Shown here: one piece after another, positions 11,012 to 23,214 of the stretch
Layout: every line of letters begins with the position of its first letter
Numbering within the stretch: position 1 is the first letter of the stretch
DNA from: Nemertoderma westbladi
Taxonomy: Eukaryota > Animalia > Xenacoelomorpha
Length of the DNA: 55,383 nucleotides
Direction: 5' to 3'
Assembly: GCA_032718475.1 (NCBI GenBank)
Contig: JAUCBJ010001399.1
Location: 1 to 55,383 of the forward strand
The notes under the pieces: generated by a model
Database searches by the model: none
What the model saw: the letters and a program-made list of their open reading frames with translations, nothing else
Told to the model about the DNA's origin: nothing
Translations under genes and position numbers: made by a program

Positions 11012-12471
11012 ATGTGATTTTGTCCACAGCATAGAACACCGGCTGTGGAACCTCCGTGTTTCAGTCTTTAGCCCTACATTAGTAGGCTTAATTATAGAAC
11101 GTATATCTGTTATCTAAACATACCATAACGCATGTTTACAATCATAACTGCATTCATAACCATTCATACCTTAAACTTTGTACTGCTATTTACTGTCGGT
11201 TATTCATTATTTGTTGATGGAATATTATATTTGGAATACTGATAAATAATCATACACCCCAATCTTCTTGATATACTAAAGGTTAGAGAGACCGGTTACA
11301 TATAACGATTGCGACTTACATTAAGTGGTTTGAAGTGAATCTAATGCTATTTTATAGGCCCTACATGTATTGTCGGTTGTTCTCCTTATATGTGACTAAA
11401 ATTAATGAAGGTCGGCAGATCAGTGTGCAGCATTGTGCAGTATTGTGTATGATTGTGATTGATAACAAAGCATCTCCTAAAGAATGCGCCATATACGTGA
11501 ATCTATAGCCATCCCGTTGTGCCTAGTTTAAGTCATAACTCTGTTTATATATTTAAAGCGCCACGTCCTAAAGGAACTGTTAATATTTCCCGAAAGTGAA
11601 TAATATTTGTCAGAGATTATATATATTGCGACCAGTCGAATAATACAGTAGGCCTACCCCGCAATACGGTTAGGCTTCCGAATCCAGTCTCCCGGGTATA
11701 TCCAGCGGGTGAATGATCGCGCATAGACTGGCTTCGGCTAATGTAGTGTATCAAATACTTGTCATAGGCTAAAGACGATCTATCATCTAAAAGACATCCC
11801 AATTTGGCAGGTTAAACTGCTAAAGGTCTGAAAGCGCGAACAATTTTAGAAATTTCAATTTAGCTAAATTCATTTTCAACACAACTAAAACTGGGCACTA
11901 CTACAGTATACGTGTACCCATGACCGGGTTTTTTTCGTAGTAGCTAGTTTTTGCTAGTTTTTTTTTATGTTCTATGTTATAATAGCTATAGTTTTGTAAA
12001 AAAAAAATGTTGTAGAACAAATATTTTTTTTTTTTTTTTTTAAATTTTTTAATTCCTAATAATACATCTTAAAATGGTAATCAGTTGCCATTGAAATACT
12101 TCAAAATATTATTCTAGAATGTTTTTTAATGTTTACAGAAGTTAGTTCACTTTAACCGTTTTCATTAAATAAAATGCCACGTCACGAAAACAAAAAGTAC
12201 TCTAAAGATCTAATTATTATTGAGATTTCCAACGAATTGTCAACGGAGGAGGTTGCATAAATTAGCACAATCGTATGGCCTTTTGCCAACCGGTAATGAA
12301 AAATATTTATTTGAACTGTAACCATAGCAACAACAACATAATATCTGGAATTATTTAATTAACTTAGATTGTAGCTGTAATGGAAATATAAAATAATAGT
12401 ATAATTTTGAAAAAATTTGTATTTTTTAATGTTTATAGATAAATAAACTATTTATTAGACATTAGACATTA

Positions 12472-14405
12472 GGGTGGTTTGAATAAAAACAAGTAAACAC
12501 TTTCACTTCAAGTAAACACTCGCAAACACTTCAAAGATACTTCTTGTGCTTGAATAAAAATAGAGTGAAGTAAAGAGTGAAGTGTAGAGTGAAGTGAAGA
12601 GTGAAGTGTAGAGTGAAGTGTAGAGGGAAGTGTTTTCTGGTTGATTTGAATAAAACGCAAGTGTTTACTTCTGTTTGAAGTGAACACTTCATAATACACA
12701 AGTAAGATCAAAAGGTTACTTTTGAAGCAAAATTCGCATATAAATTTGAAGGAGGTGATGGGTAAGCTAAGACCAGAAGTGGGGGGGGGGAAATAATTTT
12801 TGCAAAAATTTAGTAATTAGAGCCTCATGACTTAGGGTTAGGGTTAAATTACTGCTTTAATTATGGTTTGGGCCGGCACTATTGTAACCTTGCGAGGTCC
12901 ACGAGATCCGTTAAAACGTGGCACCTCTAGTGTGATATTCCCATTGTTATCTACTGTACAAGGTTGCACCGTCACAACTCCCTATCCCCATGACTATCGC
13001 GAGATTATCCGTATCTTCAAGGCCAGTGTTAAGAGGTTAGTCAGTTAAGAGGCGACTAAGATTGTGTACAGGCTGGTCCACACGGCCAAAGCAATTTTTT
13101 GCAAAGCGGAGGCGGCTTTGTTCTAGTGCCAAGCTTGGGGGAACCAATGAGACACCTCCAATGTTATATAGTGTCTGGTTGGAAATATGTGCATTGTACT
13201 TGACACAATGAACCCGACGTAGCATTCTTATGAATGTGCTTTCCAGAGATTTGGTGTCCTCAGCAGTTAGAGCCCTGGGCTTTACTACACCTTGGGTACC
13301 CATAGACCAATTTTTTGCTAGATAGTTTTTGCTATTTTTTAAAAAAAGGTTGGCACTGGTATAGAACCGGATCGGAACATGTTAGCAATCAATTAAGTTC
13401 TAGAACATTTTTTTCAAAAAAAAAATTAAATAGTACAAGGATCGTTATACAACCCGTATTAAAATAAAATTGAATTAAAAAATTGCAAAAAAATTGTTAA
13501 AATAAAAAAAAGTATATAATTTACATTTCTGAATAGTAGGCCACAAACTGTATTTTGACAGCCATCTCTACTGTATATTTTGTAAAAAACAACTAGCTAC
13601 AGTAGCAAATAATTACTAGCTATCCTGATTATCAAATACAAATTACTAGCTATGTTTCATAAATTATTTCAGAGAAATTTAATTGATGAGTAAAGTATAA
13701 TTTTAATTTTTTTACAAGCTAATAACATGTAGGCTACTAGCTCACACATAAAATTGTTAGCTACAGTACTTACAGTGAGAAGGTCAAATATTTATTCTAT
13801 AACAAAAAACCTCATGATAAAACCATTTTCATAGGATAAAAAGATAAAAATAATTTCTTTTGTAATATCTAAAATAGCTTTTTAAAATACTCGATACCGT
13901 GGAAAGATTGATTATCCCCAATCTACTGTACATAGGTGTTTTGGTACTTGTTTAGGAACATTTTTAATAACCAATATTTGTAAACTTTTTGTTTTTTAAA
14001 TCACTGGCTAATCCAAAAATACTAGCTATACCATGCATAACAATTAAATACATTTTTTTGGCCGCGTGATGTTCTAGAACATAAATAAATGTCAAAAACT
14101 GCCTTATTGTAATTGTTCTAAAATCTTTAATCAAAATGACCGAAATTTTAATAAGTTTGGGAATTGTTGTGAAAAGATCCTAGCAACAACAATTTCCGTT
14201 CGAATCCAACCAATTAACGAAGCAATACATTTATAATTTCCGATGATTGGCTGAAGTGAAGAGTGAAGTATAAGTGAAAGTGAAGTGTTCCTTTATTCAA
14301 GCGAATTTTAAGAGTTCACTCATCACTTCAGTCTTCACTTCTCTACTTCACTTTTCATAGAAGTGTTCACTTACAAGTGTTTACTTGTTTTTATTCAAAC
14401 CACCC
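12472..14405. mobile_element. Nested TIR element (PIF/Harbinger-like ends)
   Basis: 29-bp perfect TIR GGGTGGTTTGAATAAAAACAAGTAAACAC and subterminal AGAGTGAAGTG repeats. The TSD is not clean (TTA left, AAT right), so the superfamily is tentative. Confidence 0.65.
12975..13275 (-). mobile_element. RTE-like LINE 3' fragment
   Basis: RMLRRVHCVKYNAHISNQTLYN...RLRFA; near-identical to the other copies in the window. Confidence 0.8.
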
Positions 14406-15447
14406 AATAACTAATTTTTAATAAATTTTTATTTTTATTTTAAATTGTTCTAGAACAAAAAATATTTGTTCTAGAACATAATTTTTTTCCCAACAATAGA
14501 TAACATGAAATAGAATAGTTCTAAATAAAAGTAGCAAAAACTAGCTATAGTAAAAAAAATATGGTCATGGGTACACATACTGTAGTAGCGCCCTAAAACT
14601 GGTACCAATAACAAAAAACACTAGCTATGTAAAATACAAAACAAGTTACGTAATATTATTTTTTTTTTATTTTATGTATAAATGTGCCGCTGTGTGCTGC
14701 CATAAAAAATACTAGCTATATCAATTTCAATAAATAAGACTAATCACCAATAAAGTGTGTGTGTAAACCAAGTTAAATTACGAGGCGGTAGGCAATATAT
14801 AAACAAAGCGGTTAACGAAACGGCGGTGAACAATAAAACAAAAGAGCATAGGCGTAGACCTACATACCGTTAAAAGATTTGCAAAATATGGGTAATCAAA
14901 GCTTTCATATCATAGCTAAGTATATTGCAATTACAGTTATTAAGATACAGATACAGATATACGTAGTTGTTTATCTCTGTTCTAGAACACTTAATTTAAT
15001 TACTCCAGTAACAAACGTTTAGAATTTAATGTAATTTTTGGAATAGGTTGACTAATTTGTACTTGTATTTTATGCTGTAAAAAAAATTCCCCAAGGTATC
15101 CCAACTGGCACCCGGTGAATATTTACATTATTATTATCAGGGAAGACATTGAGAAAATAAAATTACGTGATGACCCAAGTTCACGGTCCTCCCTTGAGCT
15201 CTATTGAGCGTCTACTGGACTACTTCTGCCTTATCCTTCAGCAAATTAACCTAATATAATAACCTCGGCCTGCGGCCTCGGTAATTATACAGGTTAATTT
15301 GCTTCTGGAACGGCATCAGTGATTATTCAGTTTTATTCGTTTCAGGTTATTATTTCCGTATATTAACTCTAGAACATTGCAATATTGTATGTATATTCCG
15401 TTCTCGAACAGACAATAACTTTAGTATATAATAGCCCTTACAATTAC

Positions 15448-17415
15448 TAATAATAATAATAATAATATATATTTATTTATATAGCGCCAAATTTACATCA
15501 TATACGTACTCTAAGGCGCTGACAACACATAGTACACAGTAATTAATAGTTCGTGACTGCAATAGCAATAGTTATGAAATAAAAAATCAACTAAAATAAT
15601 GTAGTAATTAAAAACCAACAATAAAAACATCATAAAATATAGTAAAAACAAACAATAAAAACGATCATCGTAAATATTGTAGCATATAGTAAAAAACAAA
15701 CAATAAAAAAAAAACGATCAACGCAAGCATTCCAGTGCGGGTTAAATTAAAATGTAATTAATGGCAGAATAGAATATAATGGCAGTGATAATGAATTAAA
15801 ATTAATAGTAAAAACAAACAATAAAAACAACTGTTATGGTGGACTTTTTAAGATTTAAAATATATTGATGTTAAAAACAATCGTGTATACATCCAGTACT
15901 TAAGTTAAAATTAAATTTAAAATTGAAAGTAATTAATTAAAAAATGTCAGTCGTCCATAAAAACAAATAAATAATGTTTAGTTTAGATTTAACTTCATAT
16001 GCACAGCGTAATATAGGACACTAGTTTACGTGGTATTCCAGATTGTACAGGTGAGTTTTTAGACGTTTCTTAAAAATGCCCACATTCGATGATTCGCGTA
16101 TGGCCGGAGGCAATGCGTTCCATACAGTTGGAGCAGCAATGGAGAACGATCGCCTACCATAATGTTCCGTATTGTAGCGAGGGGCCACGAGTAAACCCAG
16201 CCCGCTGGATCGCATCTCGCGGATGGGTACGTACGGAGTTAGTAAGTCGCTTAGATACTTCGGGGCACAGTTATTTACGCATTTCCAAGTTAGCAAGGCA
16301 ATTTTAAAGTCTATACGGCGAACTATAGGTAACCAGTGCAATGCTTTTAGGGTTGGAGTTATATGGTCCCTCTTCTTTACACCACATAGAAGTCGAGCCG
16401 CGGAGTTTTGAACGTACTGTAGTTTCTGAATGGATTTTTTTGGCAGACCGTAGTAGAGAGAATTATTGGCGTCAAGCTTTGATGTTACAAGTGCATGTAT
16501 AAGTATTTCCATGTTTTGTTTGTTGACGTATCGCTTTATCTTTGAAAGATTCCTTAAATGGAAGAATGCTTCGCGAACGGTGATTCCTATTTGCTTGCAC
16601 ATTGTAAGCTGAGAGTCTAATTCGAACCCGATATTGCGAACGTTTGGGCTGCACGATATTATGTCGCTCCCAATGGTCAGTACTGGGGGGACCTGCTGGA
16701 TGCCGAACCTAGACTGCAATAACAGGACTTTAGTTTTATCGGAATTCATTTTTAAGTAGTTTTTATCCATCCACTCCAGCACATCCACGAGGCAACTCTC
16801 AGTTACTTTTACAGCGCTGTTTAATTCAATTGGCTTGAAAATCAAATATAATTGTGTATCATCCGCGTAGAAATGACAATGTAGACCATGCCGCTTTATT
16901 ACAGCTGATAGTGAACGCGTGTATACCGTAAACAGAATCGGACCCAATACCGAACCCTGTGGTAGTCCATAGCGGAGGGGCTTTGCGATGGAATATGTAT
17001 TCCCAATACGCACCTGTTGCGAGCGCTCCGATAGATATGATACGAACCATTTAAGGGCGACGCCATCAATGCCAATGTCGTGTTTAAGTATCTGCAATAG
17101 TTTGCTATGTTCAACCGTGTCGAATGCCGCGCTTAAATCAAGTGTGATAAACAAACACACCGAACCATCGTCAATTCCACGAAGTACCGTATCAGCAACT
17201 GATAACAAAGCAGTTTCCGTACCGTGTAATGGGCGGTAGGCACTCTGGTAGGGTTCATGCAGACCGTTCAGATTCATGTGGTGCTTTAACTGCTCTACCA
17301 CCACCTTCTCAGTTAATTTGGAAATGTACAGTAAGTTCGAAACCGGTCTAAAGTGATTGAGTATTTCCGGGTCTAATCGCAATTTCTTTAGTATTGGTGT
17401 GAGAATTGCTAGACT
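15448..17415 (-). mobile_element. 5'-truncated L2/CR1-group LINE
   Basis: Intact RT ORF, then a 3' UTR ending GCGCCTTAGAG...GGCGCTATATAAATAAAT and a (TTA)n tail typical of L2. Confidence 0.9.
16021..17382 (-). CDS. Non-LTR reverse transcriptase (truncated ORF2)
   Basis: FRPVSNL, LDLSAAFDTV, GLPQGSVLGPILF, FYADDTQLY, LHWLP and VWNALP motifs. Confidence 0.93.
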   Translation of the reverse strand: MRLDPEILNHFRPVSNLLYISKLTEKVVVEQLKHHMNLNGLHEPYQSAYRPLHGTETALLSVADTVLRGIDDGSVCLFITLDLSAAFDTVEHSKLLQILKHDIGIDGVALKWFVSYLSERSQQVRIGNTYSIAKPLRYGLPQGSVLGPILFTVYTRSLSAVIKRHGLHCHFYADDTQLYLIFKPIELNSAVKVTESCLVDVLEWMDKNYLKMNSDKTKVLLLQSRFGIQQVPPVLTIGSDIISCSPNVRNIGFELDSQLTMCKQIGITVREAFFHLRNLSKIKRYVNKQNMEILIHALVTSKLDANNSLYYGLPKKSIQKLQYVQNSAARLLCGVKKRDHITPTLKALHWLPIVRRIDFKIALLTWKCVNNCAPKYLSDLLTPYVPIREMRSSGLGLLVAPRYNTEHYGRRSFSIAAPTVWNALPPAIRESSNVGIFKKRLKTHLYNLEYHVN

Positions 17416-19204
17416 TACTAGCTAGTATAATCTCATAATATTTCACAATCTTGAATAATTCATCTTTGGAGTATATTACCTCGAAAAATCGGGATTATAC
17501 AGATATAATACTGGTTTGTTGCCCCAGCAACGTGTAAACAAAAAGCGAGAATTAATTATAACTATTTTTTTTATAAACGGTTAGGTTTTATGGGAACAGC
17601 GTGAAAGGGGGAGATGTGGTTAATTGGGAAGCTCAGTTTGGGAGGCGTGCTGCGAGAGTAATGGATTTTGGTTCATCTGATATATTAAATGGATAGTAAA
17701 TGGGTTTATTTGCATCTTATCCAATATCCATACACACACGCAGCACAGCAACCCTCCCGCCCAGAGGTTCCCATTCAACCTCCTACCCACCACCTAAACT
17801 CTGTTCCCATAATTCCGCACCGGTTATAAAGGAAATACATTTAGTGAACCCGCGACCCCCTATTAACAGTTTAGTACCATCTGTATTAAACGCTACCGAA
17901 TAGACTCTCCTCTCCCCTTCCATAAGAACCTTTATTTGGTCCCCTTTGAGGTCCCAGAGTTTAGCGGTCCCATCGCTGGAACCGCTAACAACTATTCACG
18001 GGACAATTCCATCGTTACGAACCCACTTTCATACGCCATTTTCAAAATTAATTCGCATATTTAATTAATAACTTTACAATAAGAATAACATTATGTAATA
18101 CGATTCCACGCATGATTCATGCATCAATGCATAGTTTAAGACACACTATAGCCTTATTTATTTGATGTATTGCTTATATTAATTCGTACTAAATCATATT
18201 CATAGATTGTATAGTTAGTACTGTTACTGTTTACAATGACCAAATGCATACAGTAAATAAGAAAATCCCACAAACAAACGTGTTACCTTGGTTACCTTGG
18301 CCAGGGAAGTGACTTGGATGAGTAACAGCAATCCAATCAGATTTCCCATTTGTACTTGAGCAGTAGGCCTACTGCCGGTCAGAGCTACAGTAGAGATGAT
18401 CAGCTTCAGCATGATCTGCTTGGAGACAAGAGGAAACAGGAAGGTGCTGATATACCAGCCATTTATTCCTGAAAATTCTGCTAAAAGACACTCCAACGGT
18501 TCTTAGGTTTGAATTAGGTCTAGTAATTTACTTTGTTTTACTTTTATTTCAGGTTTAACCACCAATATAGTTGTGTAGCCGATATACAGATTACAATGTT
18601 AGGTGACACACAAGCTGAGCCAATCAGCAGTCCAGAGCTATTGTGTTAACATCCCCACCAAACTAACTGGTTGACCCAACGACCCTCTATGTGAGTTGAT
18701 TGCTATTAAATTAAAACGCTCGCATTGAAAGCAAAGAATTTGGCAGAAGAAACGTGGAAATACGAAATGGATTAATTCTAACGAGCCTCCATTTATAGTA
18801 TTAGTGGGTACGTAAATCTACCCCCGCTGTAGTTAACTAGCTATTCGACACAGTGGGGGGAATTATTAACCAGCAACCCAATGCCAAGGGGTTCTTGAGG
18901 AAATTAACGAATTTCTGGAAATTTATCAAGATTGGGGTGGGACCTGTCGGTTTTGGTAAAAGATACTATATGGAGTTACTGGGTGCTAAATATCTATTGG
19001 TCTATCTATCTACAGATAGCAACAGTTATAATGGGGAAAGGGGGGGGGGGGGGGCTATTAAATAATGTATTACTGTAAGAATTGCAGTATATTATAACGT
19101 TTGTTCCTGCGTTGAGACATCTTTATTTCTGTAGTAGTATTTACTGCATATTGAAAGTAATTTAATATATTTTAGTTATTTATTATTAATTAATAAAGTT
19201 GACA

Positions 19205-19312
19205 TAACTTACTTAACATATCTAACTTAACATATCTCACTTAACATATCTAACTTAACATATCTAACTTAACATATCTCACTTAACATATCTAACTTAA
19301 CATATCTCACTT
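19205..19312. repeat. Short tandem repeat ACTTAACATATCT(A/C), ~7 units
   Basis: Directly visible. Confidence 0.9.
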
Positions 19313-19358
19313 TAAAAGTTTTTAGATCTTTCTGCAGTCTGCTGTATGTCTATTAAAT

Positions 19359-19670
19359 GGTCCCATCTTGGCCTAGTGGTTTAATCCATAGACTTCATCA
19401 TCACTGGAACGTGAAGTTGTGGGTTCAATCCCCACAATCGCGCCAGGGAAATTATCGTTTGTGCACAAAATGCTTTAAACGGATGCTAATAGGAAAATAA
19501 GTGGTAGGCTGTAGCGAGTGGTGTGTTTATTATATATTGTTAATTGGGGGTGCTAGTTGTGACCAGGCAGTCGAACAATGACGGTACGGGGTCTAACTGG
19601 CTGTAAACTTGGTGTTATCTTTGTGAACTTTATTGGCCTAACGACCTGCTTCAGAATATAATAAAAAGGT
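19359..19670 (+). mobile_element. tRNA-headed SINE candidate
   Basis: A box TGGCCTAGTGG (19369) and B box GGTTCAATCCC (19422) in a GTGGG..CCCAC T-arm-like stem. There is no full cloverleaf, and the 3' end is approximate. Confidence 0.55.
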
Positions 19671-19725
19671 AATTAATAATTGTCTTTCAATGAGTTATTT
19701 GAAAATCCCTCCACAAACATTAAAG

Positions 19726-20240
19726 CTACTACTAGGATCGGCATGCTGCATTGCAGCTGCATTTTTAAGAATGCTGTGCCGGCTTATCGACAAAATTGCA
19801 CCGCCATAACTCCCTATCACCCATGACATTTGCTAGATCATCCGCATCTTCAAGGCCAGTGTCCTTTAAGATGCGTCTCAAGAAAGTCATGGGCTGTCCA
19901 CCATGCTTATTCACTCCATGAGGCTGCCAAAGTACTGTACAAGATTATGCACTGGCTGGTCCTCACGGCGAAAGCAATGTCCTGCAAAGCGGAGGCGATT
20001 TTGTCCTTGTGTCAAGCTTGGGGGAACCAATGAGACACCTCCAGTGTTATATAGTGTCTGGTTGGAGATGTGTGCATTGAACTTGACACAATGAACCCGG
20101 CGTAGCATTCTTGTGAATGTGCCATCCAGAGATTTGGTGTCCTCAACAGTTAGAGTCCAGCATGGACTCCCATAGAGGAGTACTGAAACTACTGCTGCTC
20201 TAAATAACCGGACCTTAAGTTTCCGATTAATTCTCCGATT
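19726..20240 (-). mobile_element. RTE-like LINE 3' fragment with (TAG)n tail
   Basis: KLKVRLFRAAVVSVLLYGSPCWTLT...RLRFAGHCFRREDQPV. Confidence 0.85.
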
Positions 20241-20474
20241 AAAGTTACTACACAACAGTATATAAACACTTAAAGCTAAAGGGATTATCTAGGCCACATC
20301 TCGCTGCCTTGCATCCTTAAATGGTCCTACACTAGGACACCAGGACTATTCGCTGATACACCTTTGAAGGAAACTTTAATTGAGAAATCCCAAAAAAAAT
20401 ACTCTCAGTATCCTCACTAATCATACCACATCCATCTCCTGAACTCAGGGGCCTTGGATTTGGGGGTTGGGTAG

Positions 20475-21045
20475 AAGGGAAAGGCATGGGCATCCTTGAA
20501 TAAGCTTTCCAGGATTTTGAAGTCACATTGAATTAATCGGAGAATTAAGGTCTGATTATTAAGAGCAGCAGTAGTTCCAGTACTCCTCTATGGGAGTCCA
20601 TTGTGCACTCTAAATGCTAGGATACCAGGTTTCTGGATGGCACATTCACAAGAATGCTACGCCGGGTTCACTGTGTCATGTACAATGCACACATCTCCAA
20701 CCAGACACTATATAACATTGGAGGTGTCTTATTGGTTCCCCCAAGCTTGACACTAGAACAAAACAGCCTAAGCTTTGCAAGACATTGCTTTCGCCATGAG
20801 GACCAGCCAGTGCATAATCTTGTGCTTTGGCAGCCTCATGGAGTGAATAAGCATGGTGGATAGCCCATGATTTCTTGAGATGCATCTTAAAGGACACTGG
20901 CCTTGAAGATTCGGATGATCTAGCAAATGTCATGGGGTTGTGGAGGTGCAATTTTGTCGATAAGTCAGCACAGTATTCTTATATAATATATATAATGCAG
21001 CTGCAATGCAGCATGCCGATCGTAGTAGTAGTAGTAGTTGTAGTA
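20475..21045 (+). mobile_element. RTE-like LINE 3' fragment with (TAG)n tail
   Basis: Inverted homolog of 19726-20240. Confidence 0.85.
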
Positions 21046-21480
21046 TGATCCCAGTCCCAGATAACAGAAGTCATCCACATACTCAAGCATACCATCCTTT
21101 GAGCTTATTATGCTCATATGATCCAACATTTATTTCTTAAGTACTTTCAAAGTTAACTGTCCATATTTTGGTCTACTTGGAGTTAACATAAAGACCAACA
21201 CTTGAAGCAGCCTATTCTAAAGCGCTGAGGAGCCGTTGGGCTACCTCTAGTGATTCTGAGAGTAGTCTTAAGTCATCAGCAAAGTTTAGATCAGTTAGGT
21301 ACTTGGCAGGATTTCCTCGACTTCTGGAGCCAGTAGGTGGAGTTACCATCACCCCATCATCATTATGATGATCTAAGGACATGCGTAGAACATAGTCAAC
21401 CACAATAATGAGCAAGAATCGTGCAAGTCTATCTCCGCGGAGGACACTCCATAAAACGTATGATCTGGGTCACCATCAAT
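21046..21480 (-). mobile_element. RTE-like LINE RT fragment
   Basis: IIVVDYVLRMSL...LTDLNFADDLRLL. Confidence 0.8.
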
Positions 21481-21864
21481 GTCAAAATCGAGCCTAGCAT
21501 ATTGGCACTGCTGCTTCAACCGTTGTAGGCAGGTCGATCAGTATGCCTGTCTGCCCATGGATCTGTTCTATTTTTCTGTGTGACTGTCGTATCTGCTCTA
21601 AAGAGCAATGGTAGTGGAGGTTATTTTTAAAATAAGAGTGAAAATTTAGCAAGCATACTCCTGATTGTGAGGCAAGAATGTTTCAAGTGTAAATATATTT
21701 CCTCAATTTTGTTTATTGATGCCATTCTTCTACTTTCATAATTTAATATTTTAAATAAATAATACTAATTAATTGAGAATTATCACCATTCTTCTTTATA
21801 CTGCATTTAAATTTAATAAACTGTTGAAACATATGGAAAATAAATGTTCTATTCAATTTAAATA

Positions 21865-23214
21865 ATGGCAGATACTGCAGTGAATCATTTTGAAAACAAC
21901 AGCAACGACTCTGAAGAAGAGATAGAAGACAGTGAGGCCAGCAATAAGGATGACGAGGGTGTGAGAAAGTTTAAGGACATGCTGAGGAGAAAAGAGAAGT
22001 CCACAACGGAGGTACGTCAGGACTGGCTGGCTCAGATACGGTTGGTGGAGGATGAGAAAAGCGCATTTTATAACGAGATGGAAATGAGAAGAGAAGAAAG
22101 GGAAGAGAGATTGAGAATGCTGCAGGAATTTGAGGAACAACATCGACAGAGAGAAGATGAGGATCGTTTGGAAAAAGAGGAGAAAGAGCGTCAAAAGCGA
22201 ATCGAATTTGAAGAGAAGAAAAGAAAGTCGAAATTAGGTATGACAGTAAGTGTAACTCCAGCTCAGATCATTAAAGAGAATGTAAGGAGAGCTCGCGAGC
22301 AGATGAATCAAGCAAAAGAAGATACACTGAAGGAACGTGATGAATATCTCAGCAGCAAGTTTCCAGGGATTGACTTCCAACTGTATACGGAGGAGTTACT
22401 CATTGACACCGCACGAGATCTTAATGAGAAGATAATGAAGCTCGCCGCTATCAAACATGACCTTCATGTGAAGAGTGGCATCCAGGAGTATGATATACGG
22501 GAGTTGAACTCGCGAGTAAGTGAACAACAACGGCGAATGAAGGAGAAGATTGGAGTTAATCGTTTGAGGGAGTTGGAACTCACAACAAAATATAGTCGGA
22601 ATACTTCAGATGTCCAGGGAATTCAAAGCAAAATGGCCAACTACATGCAAAAAGTGGACACGCAACGCGGAAAGAGTCCGACGATAGCACGAACGGGAGA
22701 TGTTTGGAGCCCAGTGATTGTGAATAACGACCGATGTCTCGCCTGTAAGAATCTCATCTATCACATGGAACGTTTGGAGGCCGACGGCAAGCTGTGGCAT
22801 TCAAAATGTTTCAGATGCACATCTTGTCAGAAACTACTAAACGTTGCTAATTATTATGTCCAAAACAACGAAATTTTTTGCGCCACTTGTAACAAGAAGA
22901 AGCTGAATGGTGAGAAGGAAAAGTTGACCAACAGCAGTGAAGCTATCTTTGGAAAGAGAACCTCAAGGTCTATAGAAATCACTAAAGGCGAAGATGATAC
23001 AGTTGAGTCTAAACCATTACTGAACGGAGGAGTTAACAAAGACCCAGGTGTCGCGGATAATACTAGTGAAGAAGAGGGAGATATCCAACAAAGAATCTGC
23101 AGTGATATAGAAGAGGAGGTGGAGGACGACAATGAAGGAGAAGGTATTGTCAATGAAGTTTTCGAAGATGTTGAAGAAGATGAAGAAGATGAGGAAGAAC
23201 TAGAATCTGATTAA
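21865..23214 (+). CDS. Intronless troponin T-like coiled-coil protein with C-terminal LIM domain and acidic tail (449 aa)
   Basis: An E/R/K-rich helix is followed by LIDTARDLNEKIMKLAAIKHDLHVKSGIQEYDIRELNSRVSEQQR, which resembles the TnT IT-arm. LIM domain CLAC..YHMERLEADGKLWHSKCFRCTSC..FCATC. Good ATG context and AT-rich UTR-like flanks. Confidence 0.8.
   Translation: MADTAVNHFENNSNDSEEEIEDSEASNKDDEGVRKFKDMLRRKEKSTTEVRQDWLAQIRLVEDEKSAFYNEMEMRREEREERLRMLQEFEEQHRQREDEDRLEKEEKERQKRIEFEEKKRKSKLGMTVSVTPAQIIKENVRRAREQMNQAKEDTLKERDEYLSSKFPGIDFQLYTEELLIDTARDLNEKIMKLAAIKHDLHVKSGIQEYDIRELNSRVSEQQRRMKEKIGVNRLRELELTTKYSRNTSDVQGIQSKMANYMQKVDTQRGKSPTIARTGDVWSPVIVNNDRCLACKNLIYHMERLEADGKLWHSKCFRCTSCQKLLNVANYYVQNNEIFCATCNKKKLNGEKEKLTNSSEAIFGKRTSRSIEITKGEDDTVESKPLLNGGVNKDPGVADNTSEEEGDIQQRICSDIEEEVEDDNEGEGIVNEVFEDVEEDEEDEEELESD

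Larger units (their letters stand above)
4166..11842 (+). mobile_element. BEL/Pao-derived LTR element, copy B (3' part: gag-protease, decayed ORF2, PPT, interrupted 3' LTR)
   Basis: Reverse-complement colinear with 27752-33873. PPT-like GGGAGCGG precedes TGTAAAGG at 9305, and the LTR ends GCGCGAACA at 11842. Confidence 0.92.
9305..11842 (+). repeat. 3' LTR of copy B, split by a solo LTR and a fold-back insertion
   Basis: 9305-9384, 10529-10638 and 10857-11842 rebuild an LTR with TGTA...AACA ends. Confidence 0.9.
11894..14592. mobile_element. Non-autonomous Mutator-like (MULE) DNA element with nested insertions
   Basis: TIRs GGC(A/G)CTACTACAGTAT..GTGTACCCATGACC extend imperfectly for >100 bp; 9-bp TSD CTAAAACTG at 11885 and 14593. 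Confidence 0.8.

Noticed and set aside
12832-12847. Telomeric TTAGGG repeat
   Set aside because: Only ~2.5 units, inside a DNA element.
19359-19445. Functional tRNA gene
   Set aside because: A and B boxes are present, but there is no proper acceptor or anticodon stem; better read as a SINE head.
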